In this document: positions 1 to 13,805 of the stretch, piece after piece
How the letters are laid out: every line of letters begins with the position of its first letter
Numbering within the stretch: position 1 is the first letter of the stretch
Source of the DNA: Haliotis cracherodii
Lineage: Eukaryota
Reading direction: 5' to 3'
DNA length: 64,000 nt
Assembly: GCF_022045235.1 (NCBI RefSeq)
Contig: NW_027266279.1
Location: 12,152,001 to 12,216,000 of the forward strand
Translations under genes and position numbers: made by a program
Notes under the pieces: model-generated
The model's input: only the letters and a program-made list of their open reading frames with translations
Databases searched by the model: none
What the model was told of the DNA's origin: nothing

Positions 1-400
1 TGAACTTGGCCAGGCACTGCAAGAAGGGTGGGACAGACCTCCCTCAAGTCGCCATTGGGAGACTTATCGTGGTGGTATTACGCACTATTGTTCCAAAATA
101 CATTTCACATTTTCCATTTTACCCCTATCGTCCTTCGAGATCACTGGCGGTCATAACATCTACTGTCATACTTCATAATTTGTTCATTATTATCATACAA
201 CTATTACTGGAAACTAATATTTACAATTATGGAAATTTTAAGTATCCTCTACTTGTTTTGAAGAGTATATGTACTCATCGATCAGCTTGTTGACATTTCA
301 AAGTGGACCGGTTACTCGAAATTTTACCCTCTTGTATGTCTGGGCATAACAGTGCTCTTGCTTCTTTCAAACCAGGAAGTCATAAGCCACGTTCACAGTC

Positions 401-471
401 CATTCGCGACCAACTCGTGTGACAAGCCGTTACGGTTGCAGGTTACGGAAAGGTGAGAGTGGTGACGAATG
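401..471 (+). mobile_element. 71-bp internally deleted copy of the CATTCG...CGAATG non-autonomous DNA transposon
   Basis: Starts CATTCGCGACCAACTCGTG and ends GAGTGGTGACGAATG like the ~420-bp copies; flanked by the direct repeat GTTCACAGTC (391-400 / 472-481). Confidence 0.75.
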
Positions 472-678
472 GTTCACAGTCACGCTGTTGTTAACAGCTA
501 TTATGCGCCGCACCCCATACAATCTACCCGTATTGTGGTTTTACCTGAATGTCGGATAATTAGTGTCATGTGACTAATGTGAAATCACTGTCTCACGTTA
601 TCCTTTGTTTACCTAGTATAGAGTCCTCCTCCAACCCCCCCCCCCCCCCACACACACACACACACACTTCGCCCCCCC

Positions 679-711
<33 letters not shown>

Positions 712-1143
712 ATAATGTGAAATCGGTGACTCACGTTATCCTTTGTTTACCTCCTATAGAGTCCTCCTACTGTAAATATACACTCACTCATATTACTGAG
801 TTAGGCATCATATCACAGCATGTGAATGTGTCGACAACGTACAGACATAATACGTAACGTGCTCTAGGACGAGCTACTGTGGTGTCTCAGTGACACATAT
901 TGAAACACGCCGTGTCATAGCAACGCGGTTTTCATTGAACAACGTTTTGTTCACAGAAAATGGTCAGCGAAGCAACCAACTATACATATATGTCATAATG
1001 GCAACTGATTTTCGCGTATGACTTCCTGGTTGAATGACATATAGATGATGCCAGCAATGGATGAATATATGACAAGATACACAACGTGCATTGCTTTGAA
1101 GCTTGACATATTCAGGTTATACTTTAACCGGTAATGTTTTACT

Positions 1144-1388
1144 NNNNNNNNNNNNNNNNNNNNNNNNNNNNNNNNNNNNNNNNNNNNNNNNNNNNNNNNN
1201 NNNNNNNNNNNNNNNNNNNNNNNNNNNNNNNNNNNNNNNNNNNNNNNNNNNNNNNNNNNNNNNNNNNNNNNNNNNNNNNNNNNNNNNNNNNNNNNNNNNN
1301 NNNNNNNNNNNNNNNNNNNNNNNNNNNNNNNNNNNNNNNNNNNNNNNNNNNNNNNNNNNNNNNNNNNNNNNNNNNNNNNNNNNNNNNN
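1144..1388. other. Assembly gap (N run)
   Basis: Run of n characters. Confidence 0.99.
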
Positions 1389-1593
1389 ATAAGAAATATA
1401 ATTACACAATAATATAATAATATACGTGTTCATAACTTTCATCTCTATGTAAGGATTATCTCGTGTTTGGCAACGAGCCATAGTATAAGTATTTTATCTC
1501 GACTGAGCATGGAAACCTTAGATATATCTACCCGGATACAGCAACGTCGGTATAATTTATCCTAGGGCCTTGTTCAAATATACCGTCACGAAA

Positions 1594-2385
1594 GAATTTA
1601 GAATGGACAAATCCTTTTCAGAGAAGGCTTGTCGGACTACCGACAAACATAGGTCATGACAAATAGCCAAAGGTCAAATGGAAATTGGGTTTTCCTTCGT
1701 GGTTTTCCCTTTTTGCCTTCGACGTCTAATCGTAGTTCATTACACATCCACTGATCATGCTATAAATACACAAACGACGTGGTGAAGATATTATTCACGA
1801 ACACGAACAGGTTTATATACGACGTAATTCGATTTTGATCTTGATGACTTGATTAATTGTATGTCAAAGTGCCACAACGGCATGGGACTTTGTTCATTAT
1901 ATCAATCACTGGAATTTAGAATGGACAAATCCTTTACGGAGAAGGCTTGTCGGACTACCGACAAACGTAGGTCATGACAAATAGCCAAGGGTCAAATGGA
2001 AATTGGGTTTTCCTTCGTGATTTTCCCTTTTTGCCTTCGACGTCTAATCGTAGTTCATTACACATCCACTGATCATGCTATAAATACACAAACGACGTGG
2101 TGAAGATATTATTCACGAACACGAACAGGTTTATATACGACGTAATTCGATTTTGATCTTGATGACTTGATTAATTGTATGTCAAAGTGCCACAACGGCA
2201 TGGGACTTTGTTCATTATATCAATCACTGGAATTTAGAATGGACAAATCCTTTACGGAGAAGGCTTGTCGGACTACCGACAAACGTAGGTCATGACAAAT
2301 AGCCAAGGGTCAAATGGAAATTGGGTTTTCCTTCGTGATTTTCCCTTTTTGCCTTCGACATCTAATCGTCGTTCATTACACATCG
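1594..2385. repeat. Tandem repeat, 318-bp unit, ~2.5 copies
   Basis: GAATTTAGAATGGACAAATCC recurs at 1594, 1912 and 2230 with near-identical intervening sequence; part of the unit reappears at ~3382-3540. Confidence 0.9.
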
Positions 2386-2469
2386 CACCTGCAGCTAGCT
2401 TGTCAAGTATAATGAGTGGGTGAGTGAGTTAAGACTCAACTGAACTTTGAACATTTATTGTGATATCAC

Positions 2470-3356
2470 TATTTCGTCACACCCACAGTGGCCGGATTGC
2501 AAGATAACTAGTTCGTCACACCCGGAGTTGCTATGTTTCCTGACCACTAGTTTTGTCACATCCCGAGTGACTGGGTTGCTAGCTCACTAGTTCGTCACAT
2601 CCGGAGCAATTGGAGTTCTGACCCCCAGTTCATGACTAGGTCGTTATATCCAGAGCGGCTGGAGTGGCTGATGACCAGTTCGCCAGATCCAGAATGACTA
2701 GAAAGTCTGATGACCAGTTCGTCATATCCATACTGACTGGAATGTCTGATGACCAGTTCGTCATATCCAGAATGACTGGAATGTCTGATGACCAGTTCGT
2801 CATATCCAGAATGACTGGAATGTCTGATGACCAGTTCGTCATATCCAGAATGACTAGAATGTCTGATGACCAGTTCGTCATATCCAGAGCGGCTGGAGTG
2901 GCTGATGACCAGTTCGTCATATCCAGAATGACTGGAGTGTCTGATGACCAGTTCGTCATATCCAGAATGACTGGAGTGTCTGATGACCAGTTCGTCATAT
3001 CCAGAATGACTGGAATGTCTGATGACCAGTTCGTCATATCCAGAATTACTAAAATGTCTGATGACCAGTTCGTCATATCCAGAGCGGCTGGAGTGGCTGA
3101 TGACCAGTTCGTCATATCCAGAATTACTGGAATGTCTGATGACTAGGTGGTCATATCCAGAATGACTGGAGTGTCTGATGACCAGTTCGTCATATCCAGA
3201 ATTACTGGAATGTCTAATGACTAGGTGGTCATATCCAGAATGACTGGAATGTCTAATGACCAGTTCGTCATATCCAGAATGACTGGAATGTCTGATGACC
3301 AGTTCGTCATATCCAGAATGACTGGAATGTCTGATGATCAGTTCGTCATATCCAGT
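2470..3356. repeat. 39-bp minisatellite (TGATGACCAGTTCGTCATATCCAGAATGACTGGAATGTC)
   Basis: About 18 well-conserved units plus degenerate units towards 2470; accounts for the repetitive ORFs in several frames. Confidence 0.93.
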
Positions 3357-4334
3357 CTCACTTGATACGTCACTGGGGTCCATTGATCATGCTATAAATA
3401 CACAAACGACGTGGTGAAGATATTATTCACGAACACGAACAGGTTTATATACGACGTAATTCGATCTTGATCTTGATGACTTGGTTGATGGTATGTCAAA
3501 GTGCCCCAACGGCATGGAACATTGATCATTATATCAATCACTGGTTGGCATGGTCAAGATTCGATCATTTACCGCCACCATAAAGTGCTGGGTGCGGCGT
3601 TACACAACATTCACTCCCCCTGGTCAAAAGCTCTGCTTCAAGAGCAGGTTGTCACTGTTACGAGATTGCCGCTATGAAATTATGACAATCAGTTATTGCT
3701 AGACATAACTTGATTACTTAACTCGAGTTATTATTCGTACTGTGTTCTGGATAACCCGATCAATACTTGGTGCCTGCAAGTTTGCCCATTAAAGTATATC
3801 AGGTTAGCATTCATATTGCAGGTTAGCATTCATATTGTAAACTCATGTAGAAAAGTCCACAATTTTTATTAGCTGGTGACCTAGATTTTTCTCTTATCAG
3901 AAGTCCCATACAAAACTTTGAGGAAACTTCCCCGTACAAAACCGGGGACACAATGACAGCGAGTCACAGTCAGTGTCAGTTAGCAGTAATAAATATAGAC
4001 GTCCACGTTCAAACATTATTTCTGTTCGGTAATCCAGCGTTATAGTGAGGCCATGTATTGTATACTGTGATGTGCTCACAGACCGATGATAACACGGCCA
4101 GGTCAGTTTACAGGGAGCTGAACGTGAAAAGTGACACTAAACAATCTGTAGGCTGAGAGTGTTCAGACTTTATACCAATAATTCTATATCGAGTTATAAC
4201 ACCTGGGTAATATGTTCGGTTGTTTTGAAAAAATATTCGTAAAGTTGCTTCTATAACAGTGAAATGAGATTGTCACCGTTTATGAGGGGGATGCTTTACG
4301 TGCGTTTTGTCACACAATTCGTTCACAGTGGCAA

Positions 4335-4515
4335 NNNNNNNNNNNNNNNNNNNNNNNNNNNNNNNNNNNNNNNNNNNNNNNNNNNNNNNNNNNNNNNNNN
4401 NNNNNNNNNNNNNNNNNNNNNNNNNNNNNNNNNNNNNNNNNNNNNNNNNNNNNNNNNNNNNNNNNNNNNNNNNNNNNNNNNNNNNNNNNNNNNNNNNNNN
4501 NNNNNNNNNNNNNNN
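4335..4515. other. Assembly gap (N run)
   Basis: Run of n characters. Confidence 0.99.
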
Positions 4516-4978
4516 AATGGATCAGTGTGCACTCGATTTTCACTCTCAGCTCCATTGGGAGTATGGTTTCAAACTGCCTATTCAGGCTCTGGTAGGTAAA
4601 CAGTCACATTATCATTTCATCCTACCGGGTACCCTTTAACTGATGGTAAACAGACTGAGGCACATTTCGAACATTGTCACATATTTCGAGACACCACATG
4701 TAACGTGTGTTTCAGTTCGGGGCAGGATCGAAGGTCTGGAGACACTCAAGCTTACTGAACAAAACGGTGCGACTATATAAGAACACAAAATATAAAATAC
4801 ACAAGAAAGAAATTTGGTACATGATGTTAACGACTCGTCTCAACTTAACATACAGCGCATAACGATTAAAAGAGACGACTGTTGTTTAGATTGGTGTTTG
4901 TTATAAGGCGTGCGCTCAAGACAAATACAGGTGAGAGTTATAACACATATAATCAAAGAAGACACAAGATAAACTCAC

Positions 4979-5048
4979 ATGTGTAGTCAACAGAGACTGT
5001 CAAAACCACCACAGCGATACAAACAGGTAGGTAGAGCGAGCCAGCCAT
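4979..5048 (-). CDS. Possible first coding exon (signal peptide) of an unresolved secreted or membrane protein gene
   Basis: Minus strand: acceptor TTTCAG, then AAAATGG start context, MAGSLYLPVCIAVVVLTVSVDYT, then donor GTGAGT. Downstream exons not identified (gaps nearby). Confidence 0.4.
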
Positions 5049-5897
5049 TTTGTACACCTGAAACCTCTCGTGTTGAAATGCAAACAATATGCCTGTATTC
5101 AGACGGATCATCAAAATATAGAACGCAAGGCGCGGCTCGTCGTCTGTACTCGATAGCGTGCGTTTTGGCGCACGTTTATTTTGTAGTCTTTCGAAGCTAT
5201 TCATTCGTCACGAAACATGTTATCAGAACATAGTGGGCGTCATGACCGGTGTTTGATAGCGGATGTGCGTGAAGGAGTGGAGTTTGTGTTACTGTTTGGT
5301 GGCTTTACATAGAACGTTGTAAGCGATTGTTGTGATCAGGGTGGTACCTGTATTTAATTATAAGTTGAGGTTAAAACAAAGTTACGTGAACTTTAATGAT
5401 AGTTAGATAGACGCAATCAGAGCTCCAGATGGTGGTGTGGGTATTTTACCCATGCATTTTAAAATCATTGGGTATCAGTAATTCTATCTGGGTATTCAAA
5501 TTTTTACACATGTGGGTATTTAAGTTAAATATTTAAAAACACGATTCATCTAGTCCCTGCAAACTGGTGTCGTGTGGGTTCGAGAGCTTTATATGACTCA
5601 AAAATACCATGATACTTCCACAAGAAATTGTATTACTTACCTTACAACATTTGTGTGCAATTGTGTGATTCAATGAGTTGTGGCCAGTTTTTTACTTTTT
5701 TTTAGCAATAATATATTCAAATTGAAATCTACGCCTGGATTTGTGGAAGGCTGACCTCGCTTTCACTGATATCACAGCGGGGGTGCATGGTGTCTCCTGA
5801 TAACTGAATATAATACAATTTATGTTGAAACGCCACTCTATGTCTTTTAATTCAGTCATATAAATTTATAGAATTATATTTAAAAAATACAATACAA

Positions 5898-5900
<3 letters not shown>

Positions 5901-5971
<71 letters not shown>
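5901..5971. repeat. (GA)n microsatellite
   Basis: Pure GA dinucleotide run. Confidence 0.97.
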
Positions 5972-5973
<2 letters not shown>

Positions 5974-6605
5974 GGCCAACACACGCATACACACATATAT
6001 ATCCCCCATGTATATTCATGTATATTTTCTATATACACTTAAGAGACAGGCCCGAAGTGGTAAATGTCTGAGACCTGCATCACTTCGGGCTTTCCTCCCA
6101 CATTAAGCTGACACGCCGTGATATATGTGGAATAATGTTAAAAGCGGCGTTAAACCCAACTCACTCACTCACTCACAAAGAGACAGGCAGACAGATAGAT
6201 ATATGACCAACACACGCACACACACATATATATCCCCCATGTTTCTTCATGTATATTTTCTATATACACTTAAGAGACAGGCCCGAAGTGGTAAATGTCT
6301 GAGACCTGCATCACTTCGGGCTTTCCTCCCACATTAAGCTGACACGCCGTGATATAACTGGAATACTGTTAAAAGCGGCGTTAAACCCAACTCACTCATT
6401 TACTCACAAAGAGACAGACAGGCAGAGAGATAGATATATGACTAACACACGCACACACACATATATATCCCCCATGTTTCTTCATGTATATTTTCTATAT
6501 ACACTTAAGAGACAGACAGATATACGGCCAACACACCCACACACGCTGATACACATACATATCCCCCATGTTTCCACAGTCATATATATTTTCTATATAC
6601 ACAAA
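5972..6605. repeat. ~230-bp tandem duplication containing 3' halves of SINE family B
   Basis: ATCCCCCATG...AAGAGACAGGCCCGAAGTGGTAAATGTCT...GGCGTTAAACCCAACTCACTCA repeated twice, plus partial copies. Confidence 0.8.
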
Positions 6606-8970
6606 AGATTTGGGCGGTACACGTAACAGAACTGTTCTCAGTTTACATAATTAAAACTCAAGTAAAAACGTGTCTTCAAAACGCAACCAGTGTTTGCAGA
6701 CTCGAAGCTTATTATCATACTTGCATGGAGTCCTTCTTGCGTGAGTTATTCGTACCAGGAAGACGCATCACTGCTCATTGATAGCTACATGAAGTTTATT
6801 TGCCACAATCGTATTGTAAGTTCTCAACTATTTATAAATGAAAATGTTTGTTTGTGCAACGTGGGATGAGTTCTTAAAACGTCTGCAATAGTATGTCAAA
6901 TGATATGACGTCGTAAAATCCATGTAATATGTTTCGGATAGTTGTATTGGCATTGTACTTCTTGTATACACCGAGACTTTCTTTGGTGTCAGGCATTTCA
7001 CAACTTTTGGGGTACAATCGAGATGCTCCTTCTGTCAAGATTTCAAACAGCTTTAAACAACTCTTACTCAGCTGTTGTTGAATGAAGGCCTCAGTCAAGC
7101 CTTCAAAATGTTTTATGGTAGAAATGTGAAAACATTTCCAAATATGACGCATCAGTGACAATAATGATGTCCGATGCAATTACTATTTTCAATTGTCCCA
7201 CACAAATCTTGAAAATATAAAAAATATACTTCAAAATAAAAAAAAGTCTGCCACAAAAATAACATTGTTGCAAGGTGTTATTTTAAAAATAATATTCAGG
7301 CTCATAGCTTCAATTAAAAAAACATGTATGTTGTTTTTTAGCTGAAACTAAAAAATATCTTATCCTCAGACAAAATATCAGATATATGTTCCCCAAAATA
7401 TGAAATGGTCAATCCCTTACTGGTGTGTATACAAAGTTTCACGGTATGCCGCTGAAGCAAACCCTGCCTTTTTTACCTACTTTTCTTATCTCCTATATTT
7501 TAAATATACGCCGATTAAAACCAGCGCAACGAAGAGACATTGAGGAGCGACATTTGAATATAAATATAAAAACTTGATAAAAATTGATACCTTCCTCCAA
7601 AAAACGCTGGGTTGAAGGACTTTCCGATATACGGTTTATGTCCAAGTACGGGGGTAATGCCTGCGATTGCATCAGGACAGCACCAAAACTTTCCCAGTGT
7701 GACGTCAGAAGGACAGTGAGTGAGTGAGTGAGTGAGTGAGGGAGGGAGGGAGGTTTGACGCCTCCCCATTTTAGTGAGAGAAACACGCATTAAAGTGTCG
7801 CACATAACATCATATGAAATATTATTAAATGTCAATAAAAAAATAATATAATTAATGAAAATGTCTCCCATCATGATGTTGCGGGGATATTGCTAAAAGC
7901 GGCGTACAATCACGCACCAGCACTCGTTCCTTCCCGCTTTAATAGTCACTGAAGCGTGAGTAAAATATACTCTGGACAAGAGTTATACCCAACACGTGAA
8001 CGAACACAAGACACGTGCTCGTGTGGAAGGTAAATATTAATGAAGCTGTGGCACGAGGCAATTCTAGAGTTAAACATATTTGTGAAATATGTGACTAACA
8101 ACAGGCAATATGTTTTTGTCATAACATAGAGGGCCTCTGGAGTATGTAAATCCAGATATAGGTAAATATATACATGTTATTTTGGGGTTCCTTTATTAAA
8201 GTATTCTTGAATGACTAATGTTAATCTAAAGTAATTACTAAAAGTACTCACGGAAATGAAAAAAACCCCTGTTTTTTCGGTCTCAGATTTTAAATAAATG
8301 CAGTTAATATAAAAAATATATAAATATTCAAACAACTCAATTAGTACTAATTGGGCCTTGGCACAAATACAGCGTATCAAAGGTTTTATGTCTTTTTACA
8401 CGTAAAAGTGTGTAAAATTATGAACAAAACAGACTATTGTGAAACTGAGCATAACCAGGTGTTAGTAGATCAAGGTGAATGTCCATGACCTATGACACCT
8501 TGACGACATGTGAAAACAGGTGCTTGAAACCCATGTGCATGTGATTTGTCAGTGGTTAGTGATTTGTGAGTGGCATTGTGAGATAGTGAATCATGGTCAA
8601 AATATCAGAACGTAAAAGTAACATATTCACTTCTCAAACAACAACTTACATGTCATTATTATTATGTACATAAACATAGCTGTTATGTTTATTGTTGTTT
8701 TGATAAACTTTTTCCAGGCTTATTTGCATAAAGCCTATAGCGTGTTTCTGCCATGTCAATTTGGACTTAGTTTTATTTTTGAATATTGAAAGTGCCTACA
8801 AATTACCCCCTGGAAAGTACATTTTGTATTGAGCACTGAGATACAACTAGCAATTCCAGACTGGTACTTTTCCAGTTGTTTTGTTATTTCGTATTTACAG
8901 TTTTTGTCCATTTCCATGAGTACTTTAATGCAGCCAGTAATGTCAGATTCTGAGACACAACTTATTTTCC

Positions 8971-9400
8971 AGGTACTTGCACAAATCCTCGGGGTGCCTG
9001 TTATTTGAACCTGAAAAGTGCATACCGTATTTCATCTAATAGACGCCGGGCTTCTAATAGACGCCTATCCTCTAATAGACGCCGGGTCGATCAATTGATA
9101 CAACGGGACATTCGCGGTCAAAGTGAAATGGGGCTATTAATAGAAGCTGGTCCTCCAATAGACGCCGGGCCTCTAATTGACGACTGGTCAAAGGCGTCTA
9201 ATAGAGGAAATACGGTAGCTGTCATCACTGCATGTATGCAGCTTCACAACATGGTAGTAAGCCTAAGACTTCCAGTTCCCCATGACACGCCTGACACTGG
9301 TACAGGAGATGATGAGAACCACACAGCTCAACAGCAGGCCCCTTGTGATGATGGAAATCAAGTCAGGAGACTTCTCATCCAGTCTAGATTTTCAAGTATG
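8971..9400 (+). pseudogene. PIF/Harbinger transposase C-terminal relic, interrupted by a MITE
   Basis: Removing the MITE joins RYLHKSSGCLLFEPEKCI to AVITACMQLHNM...DGNQVRRLLIQSRF, matching the Harbinger/HARBI1 end (ACxxLHN ... GxxxRxxLI). Confidence 0.7.
9025..9215. mobile_element. Tc1/mariner-pogo type MITE (TA-flanked)
   Basis: TA-CCGTATTTCATCTAATAGACGCC ... GGCGTCTAATAGAGGAAATACGG-TA with internal TCTAATAGACGCC subrepeats. Confidence 0.8.
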
Positions 9401-9586
9401 ACAAATCACAGATTTTCAAGAATGAAAAAAACCATACTATCTATATATTACGATTAAAGCTGCTTTAATTATACACATTGATTTCAGTATTTATTTAGGT
9501 CCATGTATTTAATTCTTTATGATTGAAGACAGCAAGCTGTTACTGTCATGGTTTGTATGAACTGAATGTTTTCTCTTTCGAGATTG

Positions 9587-9865
9587 GACCCGTGAAGATT
9601 CCGGGGTAGAATAGGTCTTCAGCAACCCATGCTTGCCGTAAAAGGCGTCTATGCTTGTCGTAAAAGGCGACTAACGGGATCGGGTTGTCAGGCTCGCTGA
9701 CTTGGTTGATGGTTGACTTGGCATGTCATCGATCACAATTGCGTGGATCGATGCTCACGATATTAATCACTGAAATGTCTGGTCCAGACTCGATTATTTA
9801 CAGACCGCCGTCATATAGCTGGAATATTGCTGAGTGCGGCGTTATACAACTAACCAACCAAACAA
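9587..9865 (+). mobile_element. SINE-like family D (CCCGTGAAGA...GCTTGTCGTAAAAGGCGACTAACGGGATCGG...GCTGGAATATTGCTGAGTGCGGCGTT)
   Basis: Interspersed repeat; related copies at ~13087-13350, 25343-25596(-), 30295-30495(-), 31190-31365, 32367-32637, 61218-61482. Confidence 0.8.
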
Positions 9866-10545
9866 CACTTTCCAGATTGAGCCTCTGTTGCTGAATCTCT
9901 CTGAGGGACCTCAGCTCACACAGAATGCCCTCAAGCAGGTGACCCTTCCTGTCCTCATCCCCAGACTGGGTCTTCATATAGCCACCCCCTTCATCTGATA
10001 AACAGAGATTATTTATTCCATTCAGTATGACAAATTTGTTAATTGGGTCATTAACTATTGGACACCGGAAAACTATGTATGAAGGAGAAATTATATGAAC
10101 TATTTAAAGAATTATTCAAAATTATAATTCTTTCGTTGCGTGAAGGGTAATATTATTATTTACCTTGAATTGATTGTGATAATCTCTTTCTCTGATTTCC
10201 ACCAGCAGCTCTACATCTAAGGGATGGGGGGGCCTGATGCTGCTGTAACATAATTATACATTATGTATATTTACATTGAGATTATGACAAATAGAATGGT
10301 GAGTGGTGTTAAGGAATCACAACTTCCTGTCACTGATAACTGTGAATGAATATTTTCACATTAATATGACTGGTAAATGGTCTCTGAACTGATTGTTGGT
10401 TGGGATAACAGTAAATGCTGAGCCATTTAAAATTAATGTATTACAATAAATAAACAATGATTGTAAACAATTGCGATTTTTAGTTTCTTAAGAAATATTG
10501 AAACTTAAATGTTCGTACAAGCTCATTCTCTGTTCCTCTGTAAGA

Positions 10546-10847
10546 GGTGAGGTGAAATGGGGTTTAACGTCGCGTCCAAGATTATTGCACTTATATAGCG
10601 ACGTGCATGCAGGTGTATGTGTGTGGCTGCTTGTACTAGTCCGGACTGATGCCGATTTATAGCGCTAGCACACTGAGACACAGTATACTGACTCCGAGCC
10701 GACCAGTCCTTGTTTTAGCCCCTTAATGTCGAGCGCCAGACAGGGTAGCAACAAGTTCCATCTTTTGGTATGACACGGCCGGGGATCGAACCCCGGACCT
10801 TCCGCTGTCCGGGCGGACGCTCCACCACTAGACCACGGAGGCGGCCC
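10546..10847 (-). mobile_element. tRNA-derived SINE family C
   Basis: Minus-strand A box GGTCTAGTGG and B box GGTTCGATCCC; TSD CCTCTGTAAGA on both sides; homologous to 28216-28545 and ~31860-32164. Confidence 0.85.
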
Positions 10848-12190
10848 TCCTCTGTAAGATGTATTGGAGGGACTTACATGTAATTCATGTCCATCTTGCC
10901 AATGTGGAAATCCATTCATTGAAATGGTTAGTTCACGTTACATTTATGAAGAACACAAAGATATTTGCTTAATGAGACTAATAGATACATTTACCAATGC
11001 TAAATTTGAAAAGACAACGACAGCTGGCGTTTGGCTTGAAGGAAATTGTAAAATTGACTTGTTTGCAAAACAATTGTGTGCTAAAATATGTGTTATTTGA
11101 AAGGAAGTTTATATACATACTTGTTAATTGTGTGTGTTCACAAATCTCTTTCATGTTGTAATATTTTCCTGAGTATAATTTTGTATAGATGGAAAATATA
11201 AGGTATATTTCTCATGACTGAGTAACAGACTGAGTATTATGGATCAAAAGCAATACGATCGCACAGACGATATGAATGCAACAGGTGTATGCGAGGACTA
11301 ACGTATTCACAGGAAATGATCAATAAACCCCTGTGATCAATTGACATGTGTATATGTATTAAGTGTGGAAATGCCAACAGCTGAGTGAGTTGAACGTGGC
11401 CTCGGTAGTTCCTCAAAGATTAATTATGTTTACGAAATAAGTCGGGACAGATTTATTTGGCACTTTATGCCAACGTCCTCTGTGGATGAAGCTAAGTTAG
11501 ACAATGGTGCAAGTTATCTCTGTATTTCACTTCATTTCGGATTCCACAGCCTGTAACAAGGATAATTGCTCACACCTATGTGAGTGAGTGAGTGAGTATG
11601 GTTTTACGCCGCTTTAAGCAATATTCCAGCAATATCACGGCGGGGGACATCATAGGTACCCACACACCTATGTGAAATGCTCATTCGGGCTTATCAAAGT
11701 TGGTAGTGTGGCAAATGCCAACTTCAAGATAAAGCTTCTAAATTCTACAGTAAAGTCAAAGTTGTTGCCGAGCCAAAGGTTCGAGATAGCGCTATGTAAA
11801 TTTATTTCTCGAATTTGAGATTAGCAGTCTTTGGTTTTGGTTTGGTCATCGCATCCCAATTCCGTGGATCGATGCTTATGATGTCAATCAATGGATTGTC
11901 TGGTCCAGACTCGAATATTTTCAGACCACCGTCTTACAGCTGGAATATTGTTGAGTGCGGCGTTAAACAACAAAAACAACAGCAACAACAAATAACCTTT
12001 GTCAACTGCACTCACCCCAAAATACTTCAGGTAGACTTTGCTAGCCCAGAGATACAGTTATAGTGACATGATAGTGATGTACTACATCAGTACTACACTG
12101 ACGACGAAGTGAGGTTCATATGTCCGACTTTGTGAGGTGTAGACCGAGACAGATTCGTAATAATACCAAACCCGAATTGATAGTGACATT

Positions 12191-12466
12191 GGGGGCACGG
12201 GTGGCCCAGTCGTCTTAGGCGCCGCGATTCGCTGTGCAGAGCTGCGTCCCTTGGGCACGCCAGAAACCTGTGGGTTCGAATCCCGGTTCGCCCAGATTAT
12301 GTTTCTAGGTTTGTCAGCACCATACCCGTGCTCGTGGGTTTCACCGAAATGGTAAACATCTTAGACCTGCATCACTTCGGACTTTCCTCCCACATTAAGC
12401 TGACACGCTGTGATATAACTGGAATACTGTTAAAAGCGGCGTTAAACCCAACTCACTCACTCACTC
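12191..12466 (+). mobile_element. tRNA-derived SINE family B
   Basis: Head with TGGCCCAGTCG and GGTTCGAATCC, tail GGCGTTAAACCCAACTCACTCACTC; inverted copy at ~28808-29057. Confidence 0.82.
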
Positions 12467-12781
12467 GTAATAATATAGAGATTGGGGAAACCTAAGAAAC
12501 GGGCTATAAAAGTCTTTGAACATGTAGGGTATGTATATTTGTGAATATCTACCTTTTCAACGATGTATGTTTGTGTGTTTTATTCTTTATTTTCATGGAT
12601 GGTTTATGTCAGGCGATGTGCTGATGGGGTCCGCTCACAAAACCGAAAACGTTCTCGTATCGACCAACTGGGCTATCCTCACATTGCCCGAATGGGCTAT
12701 ATAGCCCGTCTCGTAGGTTTCCCCACCTTGATATATACACAGTTATGTAAATTCCAAATCTCAAATGACATACTGCATACG

Positions 12782-12956
12782 CAGTAAACTACGGTTAAAA
12801 CGAACTTAAAGGGACTACTAATTTTAGTTCGTTATAACCGTAGTTCGTTATAAGCACATATACAGCATAACTACTGCAAGTCGTCGGGACCAAAAAAGTA
12901 AGTTCGTTATATCCGTCAGTTAGTTATAAGCGTGTTCGTTATAACTGTAGTTACTG
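12782..12956. mobile_element. Tc1/mariner-type MITE
   Basis: CAGTAAACTACGGTTA...TAACTGTAGTTACTG-TA terminal inverted repeats; second copy at ~27176-27335. Confidence 0.75.
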
Positions 12957-13086
12957 TATTCACAACTTATTCGAGATGACATAATTCGTACAACCAATAT
13001 GATCAATAAGAGTATAACACTCACGCCACTAAAGCTAGGAACATCACTTAAACCCCAGGGTCAAACCACAACACACAGTCCAACCA

Positions 13087-13350
13087 CCCGTGAAGAATCC
13101 GTGGTTGAGTAGGTCTTCAGCAACCCATACTTGCCGTAAAAGGCGCCTTTGCTTGTCGTAAAAGGCGACTAACGGGATCGGGTGGTCAGGCTCGCTGACT
13201 TGGTTGATACAAGTCATAGATCCCAAATGCGTGGATCGAGACTCATGCTGTCAATCACTGGATTGTGTGGTCCAGACTCGATTATTAACAAACCGCCGTC
13301 ATATAGTTGGAATATTGCTGAGTGCGGCGTTAAACAACCAACCAACAACA
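13087..13350 (+). mobile_element. SINE-like family D copy
   Basis: High similarity to 9587-9865 and 61218-61482. Confidence 0.8.
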
Positions 13351-13805
13351 ACACAATCCAACCTGGTCAGCGTTTTGCATGATGGTTACATGAACAAATC
13401 AAGTAAATCCACTATCCAAAAGCCTATCCACTCACTTCAACCAGCTTACATAACTTCACTCTCATAATCACTTACAGTTCAACAACACTTGTCAGACCTC
13501 AAGCACACAACCCATACACACAGTCAAACCAAATTAAAATGTCATTGTGATCTTGACAGAGCCAATCGCCGCTTCCGTCGAGTGGCCTTGACCCATGAGC
13601 ATCAACGTTGAAGACGGCTCTAGGCAATGACAGCACAACGCTGTCAAATCCGTGACTGGCAGAGAGTGCATTTTTTTTGACGAAGGAAGAATCTGCTATT
13701 CCATAGTGATGGTCATGCTGGGGTTTATTGTCGTAGGGGGGGCCATTGGCGCAAGGCTGCAGTCATGAAGCGCATCCATGGTGTCGGTTTGGTAATGGTT
13801 TGTGG

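Noticed and set aside
993-1481. ORFs spanning N runs (also 4264-4639)
   Set aside because: Artefacts of assembly gaps.
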